NCBI RefSeq assembly: GCF_001194135.2
Contig: NC_068997.1
Location: 27,365,108-27,406,151 of the forward strand
Length of the DNA stretch: 41,044 nt
Direction: 5' to 3'
From: Octopus bimaculoides
Lineage: Eukaryota
The notes beneath the pieces were generated by a model. The model ran no database searches. It was not told the origin of the DNA and saw only the letters and a program-made list of their open reading frames with translations. The position numbers and the translations under genes are program-made. Numbering within the stretch: the first letter of the stretch is position 1; every line of letters begins with the position of its first letter. Positions 1-10,836 of the stretch are shown piece by piece.

Positions 1-123
1 GCAAAACACTTTCAATACAGTAAACATAAGAGCACCACAGCAAACCACAGCACATACCCAAGGCGCACAGAGCTGCGCTCGGTAGTGAAGTGAAAGCACG
101 TTATAAAAATAAAACTACTGAAC

Positions 124-183
<60 letters not shown>
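1..183 (+). mobile_element. Probable 3' end of an R4/Dong-like RLE non-LTR retrotransposon (..KTLSIQ* plus 3' UTR) with (AAT)20 tail at 124-183
   Basis: Frame AAA ACA CTT TCA ATA CAG TAA resembles the ..LRK.L.. C-terminus of R4-clade ORFs; followed by about 100 nt of UTR and a perfect AAT tract. The coding evidence is very short. Confidence 0.5.
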
Positions 184-185
<2 letters not shown>

Positions 186-425
186 GAACGCCAAGACAGA
201 CACAGAAGACCGGTGGCTATGGATGAGGGGGAGTGACCTGAAGAAAAAGAAAGAAGCACTTATATGCGCAGCTCAAGAACAAGCGTCAAGGACTAACTAT
301 GTAAAGTGCAGAATCAACAATACTACCGACAGCGACTAATGCAGTTTGTGTGCTGAGAGGGTGAAACAGTAAGGCACATCGTTAACGAATGCCCAAAATT
401 GGTACAACGCGAATACAAAAGATGC
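184..425 (+). mobile_element. R4/Dong-like non-LTR fragment, zinc-knuckle region (pseudogenised)
   Basis: Translates WLWMRGSDLKKKKEALICAAQEQASRTNYVKCRINNTTDSD*CSLCAE/(frameshift)GETVRHIVNECPKLVQREYKR, matching the LI.AAQ.QA..TN and C..C....ET..HI...C pattern of RLE retrotransposons. Confidence 0.8.
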
Positions 426-506
426 TTTCAAGTAAAGAATAACCGATAATTAAGAACTATCCGAGAGTTTTTCAGAACAACAACAACAACAATCATTTCT
501 GCTAAT

Positions 507-640
507 GGCACAAGGCCTGAAATTTGATAGGAGAGGACTAATCGATTACATCGACCCCAGTGTTTCACTGCTACTTAATTAATCCACCCCGAAAGGATGA
601 AGAGCAAAGTCGACCTCAGAGAAATTTGAACTCAGAACGT
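507..640 (-). mobile_element. SINE family A copy
   Basis: Reverse complement of the recurrent consensus GAGTTCAAATTCCGCCGAGGTCGACTTTGCCTTTCATCCTTTCGGGGTCGAT..AAGTACCAG...CTGGGGTCGATGTAATCGAC...AAATTTCAGGCCTTGTGCC. Confidence 0.85.
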
Positions 641-651
641 ANNNNNNNNNN

Positions 652-713
<62 letters not shown>

Positions 714-770
714 GATAATAACAATAATAATGATGATAATAATAATAACAATAATGATAATAATGATAAT

Positions 771-930
771 CTCTGCAGAAAGCCTGCTTGTTTGGCACAG
801 CAAGGCGTACAAGAAAGATATTAGCCACTAAAGCTGCGGAATGCAGTTTGATATCTGGCAATTTAAAACTGGCAGAACAAAAAGGAAATTCCAATTGAAC
901 GAAAGGAATAATAAATAAATAAATAAATAA
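771..930 (+). mobile_element. R4/Dong-like 3' terminal fragment with AAT/AAAT tail
   Basis: LQKACLFGTARRTRKIL matches the R4-clade C-terminal LQK..LLGTA.I.RK.L motif; preceded by a degenerate (AAT)n tract. Confidence 0.7.
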
Positions 931-1150
931 CATGATAAGAGTTCATTAGTGGGATCGCTTCAAAAACGTTTAAACTCTATTATCTTCAGCACCGTCGTAA
1001 GCGCAAAAGCGTTTGTTGAGTTTTGAAAATATTCCAGATGGATTTGTCTAAAGAGCGTCAGCATCAAGTTTATAAATCAAAATAACGCAATGTAGCGGCC
1101 CCATACAATATTTCTTCAACGGAAGTCGAGTTCACAGACACAAGGATATT

Positions 1151-1152
<2 letters not shown>

Positions 1153-1196
<44 letters not shown>
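1153..1196. repeat. Poly(A)44 followed by a decayed A-rich tail
   Basis: Direct count from the sequence. Confidence 0.95.
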
Positions 1197-1198
<2 letters not shown>

Positions 1199-1282
1199 AA
1201 AAATCAAACAAACAAACAACAAAAACAAAACAAAAGAAGACAATAAAAGACAAAGACAAAACAAAACAAACAATCCTATTTT

Positions 1283-1438
1283 TTTAAACTACGAGTATTT
1301 CGAACGGAATCGAAATTCAAAGAAGAAAAAATCTCAGAATCTTTAAACGTGCGTCTGGACAAATTCCTTCAACAAATATCGGACGAACTACCTATACCCA
1401 ATTATATTTCGGCCAGCAACGACTCCTTACACGAGTAG
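1283..1438 (+). mobile_element. L2/CR1-group LINE ORF2 C-terminal relic
   Basis: Frame reads ..KFKEEKISESLNVRLDKFLQQISDELPIPNYISASNDSLHE*, resembling the LDKFL..IPD.P..P.Y...SNSL tail of L2/Crack-type LINEs (recognised from memory). Confidence 0.55.
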
Positions 1439-1624
1439 GTTATTGTATACCTAAATATGATTTAAAAGTCTTTAGGCGTTAAGATAAACATGACCTAATA
1501 CTGTCTGAGATCTACATAAGTTATCTAAATTATAAACACGCTATATATATTTTTCTTCTGAGTACTAGGTGGATGTGTGTATATAGAATATATACAAACC
1601 AACATATTTCATTTTGATTTGCAG

Positions 1625-1858
1625 AAGTAGTTTACAGATGGTATAAAGACGAACCGTGGAACTTCGTCTCGTCCAAGAGATTTCCAAACACGTTCCTGTC
1701 CAGAAACGGGAAACTTTATTTCTCCGAGCTAACTTCTGCCGATACCGGTTTGTATTATTGTCTGGCTAGTCTTGCACCCGATCTTCATTCAAGACTAAGT
1801 TCTGACAGTGGGACGGTTATGGTCAGCATGCCGACTCCTGTTGTTGTCAAAGACAATG
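1625..1858 (+). CDS. CNTN-like: Exon A, C-terminal part of Ig2 (phase 1-1): [77 protein letters not shown]
   Basis: Acceptor tttgatttgcag|, donor G|gtaagt; open frame with YRW, NGKLYF and DTGLYYC. Confidence 0.9.
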
Positions 1859-4800
1859 GTAAGTGGTTTTTGTTATTTGTCTTTCTTTCTTCCAAATATA
1901 ATTTATTGAAGTGTTTCAGACTATGACAGCTCAGTTGTGATATCCGCATAGCGTCGTCTCGTGATATGATATTATGTTATCGTGTTAACGCGACATTATG
2001 ATATCGTGCTATTGTGATACATATCCTGTTATTATGATATCGCGATGTCGTGGTATCACCAACGTATAATATCGTGTTGTGGTATTCCCTTACTTATCTC
2101 AGTCATTGGACTGTAGCCGTGCTAGAGCATCACCTTGAAGGGTTTAGTCGCCGACCAACTGATCCAGTAAACCAAGTGTCTTCTATGACCAATAGTTATA
2201 TATTAATGAAGCCAGCATTTAAATATGGTTATTGTTATGTTTGTTGTTGTTGTTTACGGGAGCAGAGTTATGGTATTCTACATATGATATTCTACAAATA
2301 TTCTAATATATCATGCCTATTCGTGTTCATTGTTACATATCTACTTAAGTGAGTTTTTTTTAATCGGCAAGTACTATAGTGTCTATGGTTTCCTGAGAAG
2401 GACTAATAAGGTTGAAACGTATATGGAGTTGTCTCTCCTAATCACTGAAATAATAATAAAATATTATTGATATAATATTGTTTTTTCCTCCCTATACAAT
2501 TATTTCTAATTACATTTTTAATTCTCATTGCATTATATGATTATAGAATATTATTATTGCATAAGCAGTGTGGTTGAGAAGTTCGCTTTGTAACTACGTG
2601 ATTTCGGGTTCAGTATCTCTGCGCGGCATCATGCACAAGTATCCTCTACTATAGCGTTGGACTGACCAATGCCTTGTAGATTTAGTAGATGGAAACTGAA
2701 AGAAGCCTGTTATACATACATACGTACATACATACGTACGTACGTACGCACATACACATGTGTACATATAGATATATGTGTATATATGAGTGTCTACGCA
2801 CCACGAATGACCATGGGATTGCACCTAAAAAGTTACCCTCCGAGGCACAAGTCTGGGCAAGGTCGTTTATGGAAGACTAGCAGTCGCCCATGCATACCGG
2901 CCTCCCCTCTCCACGCCACCAGTGTTATCCAAGGGAAAGGCAAAGGGGCCGATACAGCTTGGCACCTGTGACGTCGCAGCTCATTTCTACAGCTGAGTGA
3001 ACTGGAGCAACATGAAATAAAGCGTCTTGCTCAAGAACACAACACACAGCCTGGTCCGGGATTTGAACTCACAACCTTACGGTCGTAAGCTCGACGCTCT
3101 AACCACTGAACCATACGTCTTCACTATATACATACATATATACAGTAAAGATCGGCAGTATAAGTATTAGATTAAAAAATACGTACCTGGATCAATTTGA
3201 TGTGCTAAATATTTCAAGGCAGTGTCCCAACTTGGCCGTAGTCTGATGATTGAAACAAATAAAAGAATAAACGAGTATAGCTAATAGTGTCTTTTCCTTA
3301 TCATTTATTAATTTCTTTTTAAATTTATAATTGTCATTGCATTATATGATTATATCATATTGTTATGTTGTATCCCAGGAGGGTAATTTTGCCAATAATA
3401 AACACACGCATTGATTCTATCAATCTTACTTTCACACAAACTTGAAGCAGATCTAGACTAGAGACGGCATACCATTGATGACGTCGCGAACGATGAAAGG
3501 TCATTGACAAACCTGATTGATTGGCCGATCGAACGGTTAAGCAAACAATTTATTAGTTAATTGGTTAAATAGCCAACCAATTGACAGATTAACAAATAAT
3601 ATAGAAATGAAATAGAACTAGTGCGTGTGTTTATTATTGACATAATGACCGTCCCGTGATACAACAAAATATGTTTCAAAACATGAGTTCATATCAAGAA
3701 TCTTGTAAAACAAATGCAAAAAAAAAAAAAACGGAATGTATCATATGTAATTAAGTTTTTTTCTTTGCCATATAATCATTTCTAATAACATTGCAATAAT
3801 TATTTCTAATTCATTGCAATGATTTATCTAATGTTGTCTTTTCTTCACTGCATACTTATTTATAATTACATATTTAATTACCATTGCATTAAATGATTAT
3901 GAAATATTAATGATTCATCTAATGTCTTTTCTGCACTCCCACAGTTATTTATGATTAAATTTTAATTGTCATTGCATTAATTGATTTTAAAATATAATTA
4001 GTGATTAATCTAAATGTTTTTCCTCAGCGAATAATTATTCCTAGTTAAATTTTTTAATTGTCATTGCGTTAGATACGTTAAATTAAGCTTACCTGACTTA
4101 CTGGTGAATCTCTCTTGTTGAAATCTTACTTGATATCCTCTTCTTGTTTGTAGCTGCTGCCATGAGAAATCCCGTCATTCACAATGACTTCATTGCTATC
4201 TTCCCCTCATCGGTTCTGCTAGGTGAAACCATTTCTATGGAATGTATGGCGTTTGGAAGGTATGAGAAGGAAGACATAGAATATGTAATATACAATTTAT
4301 CGATTGAAGTTGTGGTGGTACTAATGGTAGAAGGGGCTGATATGTATTCCCAGTAACGGGTCAGTTTAAGCAGACTTAGTTTCATTTTAAGGGAACTGAA
4401 TTGCTTTCTCTAGCTGGCCAAGCGACCACTTAGAGAAAATACTTTAGAAAATACTTTACTAGAAAAATATGTTATAAAACTTAAAATATCTAGGAACGAT
4501 TATGTGAGTACTTGACGAATATTAACCTCGCAAATATATCTTGATAAGTCTTATCAAGACGTTTACTTGATGAGTTCTCAAACAAGTAGCTAGTAATTAG
4601 CTGAGACCAGTATCTATATAAAATATATGAATGAGAAGTTTAAATCTCAAATTATACTTTATATATCGTAAAGAATAATTATAAAAAAAATATTAAGATT
4701 ATTGTAAATAATATTACAAAAAAACTTTATAAAGAATAATTATACATTATGAAGAAAATATATGTATATTCATCTCACGGTAAACCTTTTACGACATTTA

Positions 4801-6286
4801 GACGTTTCGGCGGCTTGCTGTTTCTTTAGTCGGTGTTGATAGAATATGTTGAAGGGCCTCTGTAGATTCTTGCATACATACACATATACATATGCATACA
4901 TGCACATTCATACATTTATGGATACACACATAGGCATTGGTGTACATACATTCACATACACATACACACACACATATACATACACAAACATACATATATA
5001 TACGCACATAGACATGCACATAGACATACATCTATGCATTTATACATAAATATATATATTTATGGTACACGCATATTCTCGTATAAATACATACATTCGT
5101 ATATGAATACATACATATGCACGTACGTAAATACATAAATATACACACATACATATATAAGCTCACCATACACACATACATATATATACATACACATGCA
5201 TACGTACATACATACACGCATACACACACATACATTCTTAAATATATATTAACCAATATAACTGCAGTTATAGTTCTAGCATAATGGGTCTGCTATCTTT
5301 TATAGCGAACCCCTCAAATATCACTGGACCCGAGAGAACAAAGGTATGCCTGACCGAACTAGTTTCTATAGCAACAACAGAGAACTTCGTATAGCAGACG
5401 TGAAGCTTGGTGACAGTGGTCTCTATACGTGTCACGTGAGAAGTGGATACACGTGGATGTCTACGAGAAAATCTGCTTACCTGAAGATAGAAGGTTAGTT
5501 GTATATTGTTTTGGTGGCCTTGTGTTAGAGTTGTTGTTGTTGTTGCTGTTGTTCAGTGGTAGCGGTAGCGGTAGTGGTGGTGGTGGTGGTGGTAGTGGTG
5601 GTGGTGGTGGTGATAGTGATGGTGATTGTAGTGGTGGTGGAGGTAGCGATGGTGATTATGGTGATAGCGTTGGTTGTGGTGATGGTGGTAGTAAATGATG
5701 TTTGTAATGGTGATGGTAGACGTTGTGCTAGTTGTAATGGGGGCATTGGTAATTATGGTGGTACTAATGGTGGAAGGGTAGTTGTATTTGTAGTACTGCT
5801 GGTTGTTGTAGTAGAATAATGCATGGTGTATGTGTGGAGGTGGCAGTGATGGTGTTAGTCGTGGTGATTGTAATGTTTGTGGTAATGATGATGGTTATTG
5901 TGGTAGTGGTTGTTGTTGTTATGTAGTGGGGGTGATGGTGTTGATGGTGGTGGTGGTGAACGTTGTGGTGGATGTGGTGGTAGTGGTGGTAGCGGTGGTG
6001 TGGCGGTTTGTGGTGGTGATAGCGGTGGTAGTGGTGATAGTGGCNNNNNNNNNNNNNNNNNNNNNNNNNNNNNNNNNNNNNNNNNNNNNNNNNNNNNNNN
6101 NNNNNNNNNNNNNNNNNNNNNNNNNNNNNNNNNNNNNNNNNNNNNNNNNNNNNNNNNNNNNNNNNNNNNNNNNNNNNNNNNNNNNNNNNNNNNNNNNNNN
6201 NNNNNNNNNNNNNNNNNNNNNNNNNNNNNNNNNNNNNNNNNNNNNNNNNNNNNNNNNNNNNNNNNNNNNNNNNNNNNNNNNNNNNN

Positions 6287-6321
<35 letters not shown>

Positions 6322-8992
6322 TAGTGTGCGAATAGTGCGATAGGATACGAACCATTGGCCCCCCCTCGGTTCGAGGTTACCACTCCTTAGATACACGGGC
6401 TAATTAACGTTAATTTTTAAAAAAATAACAACAGGCGTTTCTTTATAGTTGTATTAAATCTGACAGCGTCAACTGAAAAGCATTAAATTCATCTTAACAT
6501 ACATTTAAAATCAGTCATACCAACTACTTGACAATTTGGAACATAGAAATCCATCCAAGAATGACCATCCCTGTTGAGAGGAAAGAGAAGCTGTGAGATT
6601 TATGCCTTTCTACGTGTACGTTAATTGAGTAACTCTCGATGATAGATACGCCCAAGAATCGTTTCACCAAGGGATTACTCCTCTTATGCCGTAAAGTATA
6701 ATTCCAGAGATATTTGGCAGCTATTTCTTAGAGATTCAGTGATTATATAGATGTTGTCACGTAGTTGAAACTGTTGTCAAATCGGTTATAACATTAGTCA
6801 CTAACTTTTCAGAGGCAGTTTAGAATCGACTGTTTGATGTGATAACTTCAGCAACTCATGCTACTAGATCCCGTTAAGTTATTTCTGTATTGGCCGATCC
6901 AGAACATTTGTTAAAGATGCAACTTTGTCCTTCAAATCATCATTGCATATAAGATCACTGTTACATCTCCCCCACACTACATTTTCTACCTGTCGGCTGC
7001 CATCTGTAAATTTACTTAACAATATCTTTATATGATTAAGATTTGTTGAATCCTATCACGTTGGCAGCATGCAATAATAGTATTTTTGTTCAATGCCAAA
7101 ATAAAATATTCTTTCCACAATGCTGTTGAAGAGGTTAAAATGAGATGCCTTCTAAAAGAGTTTTCTTCGAATTTATTCATTCAATTGACGTGGTTGTGAT
7201 TTTAATAAAATAATTTCACTGAAATAAAATGACGTCTGAAATTATTACGTCCTTTGGACTTGGATGTAAAAGCCAGCTGTCTTGCTGTCGTTGTTGTGTT
7301 GATCTTGTTGTTCTTTTATTCATTGTTTCACTGTTGTTGTCATTAAAGATGTTATAATAGTTATTATTGTGGCCGTTATGGCTTTTTCTTTCTTGATAAT
7401 GCTCAGCGTATTGTATATCAGCAACAGAGGCAGTAATACTGCTTCTGTCGCAAATATATATATTTTAAATAAGCTTATCGCGATACCGGGACCTGTTTTG
7501 ACACTGTTTTTCTATATATCGCTGGCGAGGGTATGAATCGCTACTATCTCAAGTGGTCGAGCATCCACCATTGACAAGATCAAAGAAGATTAAAATCATG
7601 TGATCTGGTGGTCTCAGCACTGGGGATGGTAGGGATTTATCTCCTTGCTTGTGATATAACAAGAGCGCAATTCGCAACGAAAGCCAATATGAGAGTTTTT
7701 CTCATGGTATCTACCGTAGTATAGTTTGTTCTGATAGTACGTCCACGTTTAAGTGGGGATGAATATTACCGCTCGGTACTAATACTGCCTCCCTCTATCT
7801 CTATCTATCTGTTTCTAGTTGTTTATCTGTCTTTCTGTCTACATACATACATACATATGTATATGCATATGTATGTGTGTGTATACGTATATATACATAT
7901 ATATGTATATACATATGTAAACACACACACATATANNNNNNNNNNNNNNNNNNNNNNNNNNNNNNNNNNNNNNNNNNNNNNNNNNNNNNNNNNNNNNNNN
8001 NNNNNNNNNNNNNNNNNNNNNNNNNNATATATATATATATATATACATATATGTATATATACAAATATAAACAAATGTATATATATGTATATACATACAT
8101 GCATACATACACACTCACGCACGCAATTATATATATATATATATATATATATATCGCCGTCAATCTCTCTCTCTCTTTCACTCGCTTCAGCTAAACCTAC
8201 GACAGTCTATCCACTGAAAAGTCGACACATAGACAAAGGAGGTAATGTAACATGGCGATGTATGGTGATAGCCATACCTAAAGCACACTTTACCTGGTAC
8301 AAGAACTCGAAACCATTGACCAATGGCAACGGTGTAGAAATAAACGGCAATACACTGACGATAAAAAATTTATCAGCGAAACTCCATAACGGCATATACC
8401 AGTGTGTAGCTACCAATAAGCACGGCAGTAGCTACAGTGCGGCACAGCTTCGGGTTCTTGGTATGTACCCAAGTTTTTCTAACACTATATTCCTGTATTA
8501 CGCTACTCCTTTATAGGTTTTATTTATTGCACTGCAGCCAAGCTGGAGTACCATGTGCAGAAACTTATGTATTTATGTATGTTTGTTTCTATTTGTGTAG
8601 AATTTAAACCAACTTTCTTCAAGAACCCGGTCACTCCCATTCAGACTGTGTGCCGTGGAACAAATGCGACTATTATGTGCCGACCGGAAGCTGCACCGTA
8701 TCCAAACTTTACCTGGACAAAGAACGGCCGGGAGATTACTGACATTGAAAACGAGGCTACTATACTTCCCAACGGCAATCTGATATTATACAATATCCGA
8801 GACGATGATGCTGGTACCTATACATGCGCTGCAACCAACACATTAGGGACAGCATTAAGTTCCGGAAATCTGACAGTTGTTGGTGAGTTTCTTAGGTCAC
8901 ACCTTCCGAAAATGTTGACTCCCCAGTTTGCAACAATCCAGGTAGTAATAAATAAGGTTGAATCTCCAGTCACTCACTACTTCATAAAGGGG

Positions 8993-9068
<76 letters not shown>

Positions 9069-10797
9069 NNNNNNNNNNNNNNNNNNNNNNNNNNNNNNNN
9101 NNNNNNNNNNNNNNNNNNNNNNNNNNNNNNNNNNNNNNNNNNNNNNNNNNNNNNNNNNNNNNNNNNNNNNNNNNNNNNNNNNNNNNNNNNNNNNNNNNNN
9201 NNNNNNNNNNNNNNNNNNNNNNNNNNNNNNNNNNNNNNNNNNNNNNNNNNNNNNNNNNNNNNNNNNNNNNNNNNNNNNNNNNNNNNNNNNNNNNNNNNNN
9301 NNNNNNNNNNNNNNNNNNNNNNNNNNNNNNNNNNNNNNNNNNNNNNNNNNNNNNNNNTATATATATATCTTTCTCTTTCTGTCTTTTCCACAGGACGCAG
9401 TGTCATTCCTATCGGTCCAAGAACCAGTGAAGTTCTGTTAAATGAAACAGCATTCTTGTATTGCCAAGGATCTGTGGTTCCGTTCATGGACCATGTTTAC
9501 AAGTGGCTCTTTAATAATCAACCAATTGCAGTTGACAAAGATCCCCATTATTCTATGGTCAGTGACATATCTTGTTATTCTAGCTGTTGGTGTTGTTATT
9601 GTCATCGAAGTCGGTGTTTGTGATTTCGTCGGTGTTTTTGTTTGTGGTTTCATCAGTGTCGTTGTCGGTGAGGTTGCAATCGCTGTTGTTATTGTTAATG
9701 TTGTTTTTGTTATTGGTGTTGTCGTTTTTCTTGTTCTTGCTCTTATTTATAGCTATTTATTTCCCTAATTTCTATTATATATCTTCTGTTATATACTTTA
9801 ATGTGGTACTATCTCTCTTTGATCGATGTAAACACCACCTGTCTTTGTTTGTTTTTGTTTTTGTTTCTTGTTTTGTGCGCTGTAACCCGTCCTTCGATAG
9901 TGTTCTCCATGTCTTGGGCTCTTGTTGTCAATAAAAGAAATTATTATTATGATTATTGTTATTATTATTATTAATTCCGCCGAAGCCGACTTTACTTTTC
10001 ATCCTTTCGGGGTCGATACAATAAGTACCAGATGAGTGCTGGAGTTATTGTAATCGACTATCCCCCTCCCCCAAATTTCAGGCCTTGTACCTTGAATAAT
10101 GTTTGTTTAAGGAAATTTAACGAAACAGCCATGTTTCCAGAGATGAATTATTCAAACTCCAGAGAATTCCTCTCAACACATGGCTACTTCTGCTCGTGAT
10201 CAGATATGCACATATTGCCAGCCACGAAGGGACATGCTCAACTGGTTAAGGTCAAACAACAGACAGGCAAATATGTGGTATTGAGCAGAATATTTACTGT
10301 AGATCATCTTTTATACTATGAAAAATCATGTACATGATAACACTTCCAATCAGTTAAGATGAGAAGCCATGAGAGCCAGTGCCTGGTACTACATCGGGCA
10401 TTTCTTCTTCTTCTTCTTCTTCTTCTTCTTCTTCTTCTTCTTCTTCTTCTTCTTCTTCTTCTTCTTCTTCTTCTTCTTCTTCTTCTTCTTCTTCTTCTTC
10501 TTCTTCTCGGCGTAGTCATCGTCGTCATCGTCGTCGTCATCATCAGGATCATCATACAGTTTAAACTATGCTATCATATCGATTTTGTAGGCCACCGCTA
10601 CTAGAGACCAACGTTCTGGATTATACATCAGATCTGCACAGTTTAAACACAGTGGAAAATATACTTGTATTCTTGAGACTCCAGTTGACTCTGTTCAGTC
10701 TTCAGCAATGCTTAATGTCAAAGGTTTGTAGTCAAAGCCTGAATATTCTGATTCATTTGGTTCTTGTTTCTTTTTAGTTTGTTAATGTATGTGGGTG

Positions 10798-10836
<39 letters not shown>

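Noticed and set aside
1036-1150. Mariner-like N-terminus (MDLSKE..)
   Set aside because: Only a few residues of resemblance, an early stop, and no TIR or DDD motif.
3040-3124. tRNA gene on the minus strand (A and B boxes present)
   Set aside because: It continues into a SINE body and recurs degenerate at 22436-22533: a tRNA-derived SINE head, not a tRNA gene.
3243-3256. CTGATGA-TT-GAAAC (both hammerhead boxes)
   Set aside because: No room for stem II. It is a mutated copy of the SINE B tail (caaatgactgaaac in other copies).
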